64,000 nt of DNA from an uncultured Selenomonadaceae bacterium (GTDB lineage Bacteria > Bacillota > Negativicutes > Selenomonadales > Selenomonadaceae), in NCBI GenBank assembly GCA_905234365.1, contig CAJOHI010000007.1, positions 11,343 to 75,342 on the forward strand. The letters run 5' to 3'. Within the stretch, counting starts at the first letter, position 1; each line of letters begins with the position of its first letter. This document shows positions 28,686-37,337 of this stretch, one piece after another. Both the position numbers and the translations under genes were made by a program. The notes under the pieces were generated by a model. The model ran no database searches and had not been told where the DNA came from. It worked only from the letters and a program-made list of their open reading frames with translations.

Positions 28686-29978
28686 TCATTCTTGCCAAGT
28701 AAATTCCATTGCGCCAATATGAACTGTCATACCTTCTTTTATTCCGCGTTCTTTTAAAAGGCTGTCAAGATTTTTCATTCGCCAAATATATTGAAAGCGC
28801 CTTAAACCTTCGTCATTGTCAAAATTTGTCATGGCAACAATTTTTTCGAGATTTTTATTAATTACTATAAAGTCTCCAGCATCGTTGCGTTTAATTTCAA
28901 CAATGTCCGCTTCAACATCTTCATTGACATCAAACACTTTAACCTCATCTGTGTTGATTGTATCTTCAAATTTCTCAGCATTTTCCTCAAGCCAAGTGCC
29001 GACATAATTCATCAATTCATCAACGCCGGCATGAGTAACCGCACTTATTGCAAAAAATTTTATATCGCTGTCCTCAGCAAGTTTTTTTAATTCTGCAAGG
29101 TTTTCATCTGCTGAAGGAATGTCGATTTTATTGGCAACTAAAATTTGAACTCGCTCTGAAAGTTTAGCGCTGTACTTTTTAAGTTCAGCGTTAATTTTAT
29201 GAAAATCTTCAACAGGATTTCGACCTTCAATTCCGGAAGCATCGACAAGGTGTAAAATTAATTTAGTTCTCTCAATGTGCCTCAAGAAGTCATGACCGAG
29301 ACCAACGCCATCGGCTGCACCTTCGATAAGTCCAGGAATATCAGCAATGACAAAAGATTTTTCGTAGTCCGTTTTTACAACACCTAAAACCGGTGTCAGT
29401 GTCGTAAAGTGATAATCGGCAATTTCGGGACGAGCATCAGATACCGCCGCAATTAAACTCGATTTACCAACACTTGGATAACCGACAAGACCAACATCAG
29501 CAAGCAGTTTCAGTTCCAAAAGCAGCTCTCTTGTCTCACCTGGCTCACCAAACTCTGCAAAAGTAGGCGCACGTCGAGCAGCACTCTTGAATTTGGCATT
29601 TCCGCGACCACCGCGACCACCTTTAGCGATAACTGCCTGCTGATCTATTTTTGTCAAGTCTGCCAATACTTCACCGGTTGCGGCGTCTTTGATAATTGTA
29701 CCGGCAGGAACTTTTATAAAGCACGGTTCCGCATTTTTGCCAAATTGATTTTTAACATCACCGTTGCCGCCATTTTCGCCTTTAAAATTGCGCTTGTATC
29801 GAAAATTCAGCAACGTATTTAAATTTTTGTCAACGACAAATACTATATCGGCACCACGTCCGCCGTCGCCACCATTTGGACCACCTTTTGGAACGTATTT
29901 TTCACGACGAAACGATGATTTTCCATTGCCGCCGTCGCCTGCCTTAACACTAATTTTTGTTCTATCAATAAATTGCAT
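28686..29978 (-). CDS. obg: GTPase Obg/CgtA
   Basis: Gly-rich Obg fold (GDGGNGKSSFRREKYVPKGGPNGGDGGRG), G1 GYPSVGKSS, and a C-terminal OCT/TGS-like domain. Confidence 0.97.
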   Translation of the reverse strand: MQFIDRTKISVKAGDGGNGKSSFRREKYVPKGGPNGGDGGRGADIVFVVDKNLNTLLNFRYKRNFKGENGGNGDVKNQFGKNAEPCFIKVPAGTIIKDAATGEVLADLTKIDQQAVIAKGGRGGRGNAKFKSAARRAPTFAEFGEPGETRELLLELKLLADVGLVGYPSVGKSSLIAAVSDARPEIADYHFTTLTPVLGVVKTDYEKSFVIADIPGLIEGAADGVGLGHDFLRHIERTKLILHLVDASGIEGRNPVEDFHKINAELKKYSAKLSERVQILVANKIDIPSADENLAELKKLAEDSDIKFFAISAVTHAGVDELMNYVGTWLEENAEKFEDTINTDEVKVFDVNEDVEADIVEIKRNDAGDFIVINKNLEKIVAMTNFDNDEGLRRFQYIWRMKNLDSLLKERGIKEGMTVHIGAMEFTWQE

Positions 29979-30061
29979 ATAATCCTCCTAAATGACTATT
30001 TTTGAAAAAATCGTTTTAAATCGTATCAAGATTTTATTACTTTGTCAATTCAAAGTTGATC

Positions 30062-30691
30062 TCAAATTTTTATATTTGACTTTATAATATCAAATTTTTT
30101 CTGACCAATACCGCGTACATTTTGTATTTCTTCAATGGACTTAAATAAACCGTTGTCATGCCTGTATTCAATTATTCTCTCCGCCATCTTTGGACCTATA
30201 CCTTTTAGCGTTTGCAATTCTTCTAAATTTGCAGTATTAATATTAACCATTGTGTCATTGATTTTTGACTCTTTATTGCTGCTGTTGGTTGAAATATTTT
30301 CATCATCACTTTCAATACTTTTGATAACTTTTTCCGGAATACGAATATGTTGACCGTCGGATATAGTTTCCGCCATATTAAAATTATCAATATCGGCCGT
30401 CGGAAGGAGACCATCGCAAGCATTGACGGCATCGGCAACTCTCAAGTTATCTTTGCTGCTTGACAGCTCAACCATTCCAGGCTTATTGACTGCACCTGTA
30501 ACGTATACAAAAATGGTTTTGCTCGGTATCTCGGTTAAGTTTTCATCTTCGATTGAATTTGAATTAGCACTGCTTAGATTAACATAATCGTCGTCATTGG
30601 GAATAAAACTATAACCTATTATCAAAAAAGCAAACACCAATAAAAGTATCATTGAAGGTTTAAACATTGGCAAAATCAACACCTCCGTCAA
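30062..30691 (-). CDS. comEA: ComEA family DNA-binding competence protein (SLBB + tandem helix-hairpin-helix)
   Basis: N-terminal TM helix, SLBB-like IFVYVTGAVNKPGMVEL, and C-terminal NINTANLEELQTLKGIGPKMAERIIEYR...IRGIGQKKF. Confidence 0.8.
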   Translation of the reverse strand: MTEVLILPMFKPSMILLLVFAFLIIGYSFIPNDDDYVNLSSANSNSIEDENLTEIPSKTIFVYVTGAVNKPGMVELSSSKDNLRVADAVNACDGLLPTADIDNFNMAETISDGQHIRIPEKVIKSIESDDENISTNSSNKESKINDTMVNINTANLEELQTLKGIGPKMAERIIEYRHDNGLFKSIEEIQNVRGIGQKKFDIIKSNIKI

Positions 30692-30787
30692 GAATTTATC
30701 AAGTCATCAAATATTGTTTATACTAAAAAGCCATGAAGTTTTTTATCACTTCACAGCTTATAGTTAATGACTTATATTATGATCCGA

Positions 30788-32200
30788 TTAAATTGTATGC
30801 AGTTGAATTGAACTTGTACCGCCTTCACCATATTTAATGCCGGAAGTCAAAACTACTAAGTCACCTTTTTTAACAATGCCGTGTTCCGTTGCACTTTTTG
30901 CAGAAAATCTTATCATTTCGTCCGGATTCATCCAAGGTACACCAGGAATTGTAAAGACTCCCCAACGTAAATTCAAATGACGTGCAACCATGTAATTTGG
31001 CGCAAATGCAATGATATCAGCTTTCGGACGATATTTTGATACTATGCGAGTTGTATAACCGGATTTTGTCGGCGTGATAATTGCCTTAGCGTCAAGTTCA
31101 TAAGCAAGTTGAACGGTAGCATGAGCGATTGCGTCAGTTTTTGAATATTTATGACCGAGACCCTTAGTCAAGAAAATTTCTTTGTATTCGAGTGATTCTT
31201 CCATACGCAGTGCAATACGATTCATAGTTGCCGCAGCTTCAACAGGATGCTTGCCGCTTGCCGTTTCACCACTGAGCATTATAGCATCAGCACCATCAAG
31301 GATTGCATTACCAACGTCAGAAACTTCAGCACGAGTCGGACGAGGATTTTCTGTCATTGATTCAAGCATTTGAGTTGCAACAATAACCGGCTTTCCTGCC
31401 TCATTGCACTTTTTGATAATCTCTTTCTGAATGATAGGAACATCTTCCGCCGGAATTTCAACGCCTAAGTCACCGCGAGCAACCATTATTCCGTCAGAAG
31501 CAGCAATAATTTCGTCGATATTTTTAACACCTGCAAGATTTTCAATCTTCGGAATGATTTCCATATGGCCGCCATGTTTTGCAATTAAATTGCGAATTTG
31601 CTCAACATCAGAAGCACGCTGAATAAATGAAGCGGCAACAAAATCCATATCATTTTCAATGCCGAAAATTAAATCTTTCTCGTCTTGTTCGCTAATTGCC
31701 GGAAGTCCAAGTTCAACACCAGGCGCCGCAACACGTTTGCGAGTAGACATTTTACCGCTGTTGAGAATTTTTGTCACGATGTCTTTGCCTTGAATTTCTT
31801 CGACAAGGATTTCAACGAGACCGTCAGAAAGCAAAAGTTTATCTCCAGGTTTAACTTCGCTGTAAAGCAATTTGTGACTTACTCCAACATGAGTTTCGTC
31901 GCCAGGTTCATCGGATTGCGTAAGGATAAATTTATTACCGGCAACAAGATTGACGCTGCCGTCTTTAAACTCACCAAGACGCATTTCAGGACCTTTTGTA
32001 TCAAGGATTAAAGATATGACCTTTTTTGACTTCTTTGCAGCTTCACGGACACGATTAATGCGTTTAAGGTGTCCTTCATGATCGCCATGAGAAAAGTTAA
32101 AGCGAGCGCAGTTCATACCGTTTTCAATGAGCTTTTCGACGACACCTTCCGCGTCAGTAGCCGGACCTTGTGTACAAATAATTTTTGTCTTTTTCAGCAT
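30788..32200 (-). CDS. pyk: pyruvate kinase
   Basis: 470 aa: TKIICTQGPA...GMNCARFNFSHG...MVARGDLGVEIP... Confidence 0.97.
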   Translation of the reverse strand: MLKKTKIICTQGPATDAEGVVEKLIENGMNCARFNFSHGDHEGHLKRINRVREAAKKSKKVISLILDTKGPEMRLGEFKDGSVNLVAGNKFILTQSDEPGDETHVGVSHKLLYSEVKPGDKLLLSDGLVEILVEEIQGKDIVTKILNSGKMSTRKRVAAPGVELGLPAISEQDEKDLIFGIENDMDFVAASFIQRASDVEQIRNLIAKHGGHMEIIPKIENLAGVKNIDEIIAASDGIMVARGDLGVEIPAEDVPIIQKEIIKKCNEAGKPVIVATQMLESMTENPRPTRAEVSDVGNAILDGADAIMLSGETASGKHPVEAAATMNRIALRMEESLEYKEIFLTKGLGHKYSKTDAIAHATVQLAYELDAKAIITPTKSGYTTRIVSKYRPKADIIAFAPNYMVARHLNLRWGVFTIPGVPWMNPDEMIRFSAKSATEHGIVKKGDLVVLTSGIKYGEGGTSSIQLHTI

Positions 32201-32306
32201 AAATTAACAAACCTCCTGACTTTATTTGAATTAAAGTTTATTTGTTATATTATACAATATTTTCTGACAATTACAATTAAAAATTTCAATTACGTTCATA
32301 CAAATA

Positions 32307-33392
32307 TTACTTATCTATTGGAATTGCATAAAGTACAGTTTCAGCAGATGAATAAGAATGATGTCTAAGAAAGAATTTGTATTTCTTTTTCTTAGTTTCA
32401 AATTGCTTTGCATAATTGTAAATATCTATAATATCGTTTTTTCTATGATATGTGCATACTGCAAGTTTAGGCATATTATTTTTTATTGTCTTCTCACTGC
32501 CTTTGAGAGCCTCTAACTCACTGCCCTCAATGTCCATCTTGATGAAAGTTACTTTTTCATCTTTAACTATATCGTCAATAGCATAAACTTCTATTTTATT
32601 ATTTGTTGTTGAATAAGAAATACTTGAAGTTGTTGGAGAAGCCGAATTTACATCAAAATACAATGTGTCTCTTTTACTCCATACCCCCCCCCTTATAACC
32701 TCAATATCCCTCATGTTGTCAGTGTTTTTTCGTAACATTGCTATATTATTTTCTAAAGGTTCAAAAGCAAAAATTTTTTTATAATTGTCATTTACAAATT
32801 CATCATATTTTAATATGGTGTCACCATTAAAAGCACCACAGTCAACATAAATTTCTTCATGAGGATTAATATTATAAGTTAACTCGTTAAAATATTGATT
32901 CTCACAAGAAACGTTTATTATATCTTCACATTCTCCAGTAGATTTTGCTTTTACTAGGGCTTTTAACGTTCTTTTTGAAAGACCATCGCCCAATGAAGTT
33001 GACATTTCAGACAATATATCATTGTTTTCACTAAGCCATTCTTCGTTCCAAGACCAAGTCCAAGCTGCATTCCAAATTATATATATTTTTTTATAACGCA
33101 TTAACGCAGGATTATTTTTCATTATTATCTTTGACTTTAAAATATTAATAAAACCATTAACTAAACTGTAATTATCAAAATCGTCAATAAAATTTGCTAT
33201 ATTTTCGACCTTAACATCATCAATAAAAGTATTAGGTTTATAATATGCTTCATCAACAACAAAAGCCGCAGTTGTTATCCCATTGTTAAATAAAAAATCT
33301 TTAATCTCTTTAGAAACAACAGAGTTTCCATAAATTAAAACAGGCTTATTTAATTTTTTTAATTCAGCAATAGTTTCTCTTTCACTCAACAT
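32307..33392 (-). CDS. FkbM-family SAM-dependent methyltransferase containing an in-frame G9 tract
   Basis: FkbM core YVDCGAFNGDT...FAFEPLENN...IKMDIEGSELEAL. GGAGG lies 7 nt before ATG 33392 (the track ORF runs to 33437 and would overlap fliI). Confidence 0.85.
   Translation of the reverse strand: MLSERETIAELKKLNKPVLIYGNSVVSKEIKDFLFNNGITTAAFVVDEAYYKPNTFIDDVKVENIANFIDDFDNYSLVNGFINILKSKIIMKNNPALMRYKKIYIIWNAAWTWSWNEEWLSENNDILSEMSTSLGDGLSKRTLKALVKAKSTGECEDIINVSCENQYFNELTYNINPHEEIYVDCGAFNGDTILKYDEFVNDNYKKIFAFEPLENNIAMLRKNTDNMRDIEVIRGGVWSKRDTLYFDVNSASPTTSSISYSTTNNKIEVYAIDDIVKDEKVTFIKMDIEGSELEALKGSEKTIKNNMPKLAVCTYHRKNDIIDIYNYAKQFETKKKKYKFFLRHHSYSSAETVLYAIPIDK
32684..32692. repeat. homopolymeric C9 (G9 on the coding strand) inside the FkbM gene
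   Basis: Counted directly: ata-ccccccccc-ttataacc. It codes VIRGGVW. This is one of only two G/C runs longer than 5 that I found in the window. Confidence 0.95.
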
Positions 33393-33417
33393 AAAATTAC
33401 CTCCATAATTAAAATTC

Positions 33418-34755
33418 TCAAGTATTATTGCCTGCAATGGCTATTAATTTTTTTTCGGTATTTTGATAAGTATCAACTTCAAAAATACCTTGCACTAAAA
33501 ATTCATTTATTTTATCAATCTTTGCTATTGCCGAATCAATCCGCTTACTGGAGCCTTTAACATAAGCACCGATATGAATTAAATCTTCAGCGTCTTTATA
33601 AACCGCCATTAAAGCACGCATATTTTGAGCTGCTTGTAAATGTTTTTTAGTTACGACTTCATTCATAACACGGCTGACACTTGCAAGCACGTCGATTGCC
33701 GGAAAGTGATTTTGTGCGGCGATTGAGCGACTCAAAACGATATGACCGTCGAGTATTGAACGAACGGCATCGGCTATTGGTTCATTCATATCATCGCCGT
33801 CAACCAATACGGTATAAATTCCTGTGATTGAACCGGTATCGGAAGTTCCGGCACGTTCCAAAAGTCGAGGCAATAAAGCAAAAACGGAAGGCGTATAACC
33901 TCTGGTTGCCGGCGGTTCGCCAATCGTTAAGCCAACTTCACGTTGCGCCATTGCAAAACGTGTTACCGAATCCATCATCAAAATAACTTTATGCCCTTGA
34001 TCTCTAAAATATTCGGCGATAGCTGTACCTGTCATTGCGCCTTTAATTCTGACGAGTGCCGGCTGGTCTGAAGTTGCAACGACGACGACGGAACGTTTTA
34101 AACCTTCCTCGCCTAAATCGCGTTCAATAAAGTCACGAACCTCACGACCACGTTCACCAACTAAAGCAATAACACTGATGTCGGCTTCCGTATTTCTTGC
34201 GATCATCGAAAGCAGAGTTGACTTACCAACACCGGAACCTGCCATAATTCCAATTCGCTGACCGTCACCTAAAGTCATTAAACCGTCAATCGCTCTGACG
34301 CCGACATATAGTGATTGATTTATTCTTGGACGTGTCAAAGGCGGCGGCGGCGGTGCCATGAGAGGATATTCAATCTTGCTAAAAATCGGACCTTTGCCGT
34401 CCATTGGATTACCGAGACCGTCAAGAACTCTGCCTAATAATTCGTCACCAACTTTGACCTGCAACATTTTTTGCGCCGCTATAACTTCACAACCTGGACC
34501 TACGCCTTGCATTTCACCAATCGCCATGAGCATGACAAAACCTTCACGAAAACCGACGACTTCAGCAGGTATTGGCGGATAAGTCTCAACTTTTGAAATA
34601 ACATAACACAATTCGCCAACACTGACAGGCGGACCTTGTGACTCAATGACGAGACCGACAACTTGAGTGACTTTGCCGGTGAGTTTAATTGTCCTTGCAT
34701 CTTTTATGACATCTATCAGCTTTTCTAAATTAATATCATTTTTAATCTTCGCCAT
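33418..34755 (-). CDS. fliI: FliI/YscN-family type III (flagellar) export ATPase, without neighbouring fliH/fliJ
   Basis: Walker A GSGVGKST, then VIALVGERGREV...MMDSVTRFAMAQREVGL...PSVFALLPRLLERAG. AGGTGA RBS plus ATG 34755 (the track ORF starts at GTG 34764). Confidence 0.85.
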   Translation of the reverse strand: MAKIKNDINLEKLIDVIKDARTIKLTGKVTQVVGLVIESQGPPVSVGELCYVISKVETYPPIPAEVVGFREGFVMLMAIGEMQGVGPGCEVIAAQKMLQVKVGDELLGRVLDGLGNPMDGKGPIFSKIEYPLMAPPPPPLTRPRINQSLYVGVRAIDGLMTLGDGQRIGIMAGSGVGKSTLLSMIARNTEADISVIALVGERGREVRDFIERDLGEEGLKRSVVVVATSDQPALVRIKGAMTGTAIAEYFRDQGHKVILMMDSVTRFAMAQREVGLTIGEPPATRGYTPSVFALLPRLLERAGTSDTGSITGIYTVLVDGDDMNEPIADAVRSILDGHIVLSRSIAAQNHFPAIDVLASVSRVMNEVVTKKHLQAAQNMRALMAVYKDAEDLIHIGAYVKGSSKRIDSAIAKIDKINEFLVQGIFEVDTYQNTEKKLIAIAGNNT

Positions 34756-35047
34756 TAGAATCACCTAATTATTTTTGAATTATCTAACAATTATTTTATC
34801 ACATCACAAGTGAAAGTCAATGAGGAATATTTAATTTGTATTGGCGAATCACATTAAAATTGTTTCTAAAAAAATTAATCAACCATTAATTTGACGATTA
34901 AAAAATTTTTTATCAACACTTTTAAATTTTGGAATTTGCGACAAAGAAATTTTTTTAATTAATCAATATTGCAGGTATGCAGATTGAAACGTCGAATATT
35001 TTTGAAAACAAAAGATTGATTTAAAATGGAAAGGCGGTTTTTAAAAT

Positions 35048-35632
35048 ATGATTAAAAGAGCACTTATAAGTGTGTCAAAAAAATTTGGCGTAGTTGAATT
35101 TGCAAAAAAACTCGTCAAGGCGAATATCGAGATCATCAGTACCGGTGGAACTATGAGAGCACTTAGAGCGGCAGGTGTTCCTGTAACTTATGTCAGTGAT
35201 TTGACAGGCTTTCCTGAAATTATGGACGGCAGAGTTAAAACCCTCAATCCGGCAATTCATGGTGGTATTTTAGCGGTTCGCGATAATCCTGAGCACGTCA
35301 AGCAAATGGAAGAAAACAATATTAAACCTATTGATATGGTTGTTGTCAATCTCTATCCGTTTAAGGAAACGGTTGCAAAGCCAAATGTAACAATGGAAGA
35401 AGCCATCGAAAATATTGATATTGGCGGTCCGGCAATGATAAGAGCAGCGGCAAAAAATTTTAAGTATGTGACAGTTATTACTGATCCAGATCGCTACGAT
35501 ACAGTTGCCGATATGATTGCAAAAGATGGCAATGTCAGTTACGATTTCAGATATAAACTTGCGCTTGAGGCATTTGCTCATACTACTGATTATGATGCTG
35601 CAATTACTAAATATTTAAGTGAGAAATTATGA
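35048..35632 (+). CDS. purH: IMP cyclohydrolase (PurH N-terminal MGS-like domain only; no AICAR formyltransferase domain)
   Basis: 194 aa: [10 protein letters not shown]...STGGT...[28 protein letters not shown]...VVVNLYPF...[15 protein letters not shown]. The ORF stops at the position where bifunctional PurH continues into the AICARFT domain. Confidence 0.85.
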   Translation: MIKRALISVSKKFGVVEFAKKLVKANIEIISTGGTMRALRAAGVPVTYVSDLTGFPEIMDGRVKTLNPAIHGGILAVRDNPEHVKQMEENNIKPIDMVVVNLYPFKETVAKPNVTMEEAIENIDIGGPAMIRAAAKNFKYVTVITDPDRYDTVADMIAKDGNVSYDFRYKLALEAFAHTTDYDAAITKYLSEKL

Positions 35633-35811
35633 GAGAAGTATTTTTTTTACTGCTGGTGTTTTCAATTCTCAGCGTTATGGCGTGCGTTACGGCGTTCACT
35701 TTATCAAGTCTGGTAAAAATAAAAATACCGACTAAAAAGGTTATTCGTGTAGCGATTGGCAGTGTAATTGTGTTTGTCATTTCGACAATTCTCATGGTCT
35801 TAACAAAATAA
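35629..35811 (+). CDS. small hydrophobic protein (two predicted TM helices)
   Basis: 60 aa. The ATG overlaps the purH stop (ATGA). Two hydrophobic stretches. No homology recognised. Confidence 0.35.
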   Translation: MREVFFLLLVFSILSVMACVTAFTLSSLVKIKIPTKKVIRVAIGSVIVFVISTILMVLTK

Positions 35812-35823
35812 AATGGTGTTGAT

Positions 35824-36651
35824 ATGTCAAGTGAAATAACAATTTTACTCGAAAACACAAAACTAGAGCAGTCTAAATTTAAAATTGAACATGGATTATC
35901 ACTTTATGTAAAAACTTCAAGGTCAACATTTATTTTTGATTGCGGACAAACAGCTATATTTTGTTCAAATGCTGCGTTAATGAATGTTGATTTATTAAAA
36001 GTTCAATTCGTTGTGTTGAGTCATTCTCATTACGATCATGCTGCCGGATTTCCAAAATTGCTGCAATTCGTTACGCCTTCAATGCTTTATATTGGCAATA
36101 ATTTTTGGCGCGAGAAATTCTCTTACGATTCGGACAACAATAATTATAAATATCGTGGCTGCGGTTTCACGGCATTTGATTTGGAACGTTGGAACATCAA
36201 ACAAAATATTTGTAATGATTTAATTAAACTTGACGACGATGCTTGGCTAATTGGAAATATCAACAAAAAATATTCATTTGAGACGATTCCGAAAAAATTT
36301 GTTTGCGGCAAAGATAAGCGGCAAGATGATTTCAGTGATGAGATTGTTTTGGTGCTGCGTGAAGGTCATGGCGTTGCTGTAGTTACCGGCTGCGCTCATA
36401 ACGGCATTTTGAATATTGTTGCAATCGTTCAGCAGAGATTAAATTTGCCGGTTAAAAGTGTTATTGGCGGCATACATTTAAGTGGCGTAAATATCGAACG
36501 AATTGACAAGACATTAAATGAACTCAAAAAATTTGGCGTTAATCGTCTTGCGCTTTGTCATTGTTCCGGTGATGAAGTGCAAAAACGCATTAAAAATTAC
36601 GACTTCAAAAATTATAAAATTTCAACAGGCTCAATAATAAATCTTGAGTAG
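35824..36651 (+). CDS. MBL-fold metallo-hydrolase (COG1237-like)
   Basis: 275 aa with HxHxDH motif LSHSHYDHAAG and, later, VVTGCAHNG. Confidence 0.8.
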   Translation: MSSEITILLENTKLEQSKFKIEHGLSLYVKTSRSTFIFDCGQTAIFCSNAALMNVDLLKVQFVVLSHSHYDHAAGFPKLLQFVTPSMLYIGNNFWREKFSYDSDNNNYKYRGCGFTAFDLERWNIKQNICNDLIKLDDDAWLIGNINKKYSFETIPKKFVCGKDKRQDDFSDEIVLVLREGHGVAVVTGCAHNGILNIVAIVQQRLNLPVKSVIGGIHLSGVNIERIDKTLNELKKFGVNRLALCHCSGDEVQKRIKNYDFKNYKISTGSIINLE

Positions 36652-36661
36652 GTGATTTAAC

Positions 36662-37303
36662 ATGAATTTAAAATTTCATAAGGCGGCATTGGCTTTAATT
36701 ATGTCGTCAAGTTTTTGTTTAACTTATAATGTCGAGGCTTCTTCAGTGCCAAGTGATGCTTCAAAATACAAAGGACACTATTACAAAGTTTATAATCGCT
36801 CATTAAATTGGCATGATGCAAAGAGTTATTGCGAAAATAAAGGTGGACACCTTGTAACAATAACCTCTTTAGGTGAGCAAGATTTTGTTGCCGATTTGAT
36901 AGCTGAGGACGGCAATAAAAATTGTTATTGGCTTGGCGGTCATAAAAGCAGCAAAGGTATTTGGCGCTGGGTTACGAATGAGCCTACGCCTTATGCTAAT
37001 TGGGCTAAAGGTCAGCCGGACAATTACACTGACGAAGAAGATTGCGTAATGATGTATCGCCGCAAAAATCCTGCATCTTCCAGCAGTATTGGACAATGGA
37101 ATGACATCTGCTGGGATGGAAACTGCAATAACGAAGACTTCTTTGGCGTTCGTAATTTTGGCTTTATTTGTGAATGGGATTCTAAGAGCGGTCCAAACGG
37201 CAGATACAATCGAAATGATGATGACGATTATGATGACTATGACGACGATGATAATTATAACAGGAATCACAGGCATAGAAGCAGACATGACAGATGGTGG
37301 TAA
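36662..37303 (+). CDS. secreted C-type lectin domain protein with QPD/WND sugar-binding motifs and a D/Y-rich then basic tail
   Basis: Signal peptide MNLKFHKAALALIMSSSFCLTYNVEA. CTLD landmarks are WHDAKSYCENKGGHLVTITS, CYWLGG, GQPDN, EDCVMM, QWNDICW and FICEW. The tail reads NDDDDYDDYDDDDNYNRNHRHRSRHDRWW. Confidence 0.8.
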   Translation: MNLKFHKAALALIMSSSFCLTYNVEASSVPSDASKYKGHYYKVYNRSLNWHDAKSYCENKGGHLVTITSLGEQDFVADLIAEDGNKNCYWLGGHKSSKGIWRWVTNEPTPYANWAKGQPDNYTDEEDCVMMYRRKNPASSSSIGQWNDICWDGNCNNEDFFGVRNFGFICEWDSKSGPNGRYNRNDDDDYDDYDDDDNYNRNHRHRSRHDRWW

Positions 37304-37337
37304 ATTAATTAGTTATGATGAATTGAGGTAGATTGAA

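Noticed and set aside
34340-34351. A (GGC)4 trinucleotide repeat in fliI
   Set aside because: It is in frame (it encodes the PPPP stretch), so length changes would not switch the gene. The copy number is low.
34765-35047. A search for a ZTP (pfl) or purine riboswitch upstream of purH. I also searched for an S-box/SAM riboswitch upstream of metN (26388-26997) and a preQ1 riboswitch upstream of queF
   Set aside because: I could not find the conserved cores (such as GGGTCGTGAC...CCGCCTGGGC for ZTP, or the S-box kink-turn/GA motifs). Only a loose PurBox-like AAACGTCGAATATT is present near 34990. queF has almost no upstream non-coding space.
36869-37288. A 139-aa antisense ORF, and other overlapping ORFs, across the lectin gene tail
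   Set aside because: These are artefacts of the GAT/GAC-rich acidic-tail coding DNA being open in several frames. The plus-strand CTLD reading is the one with a signal peptide, an RBS and domain motifs.
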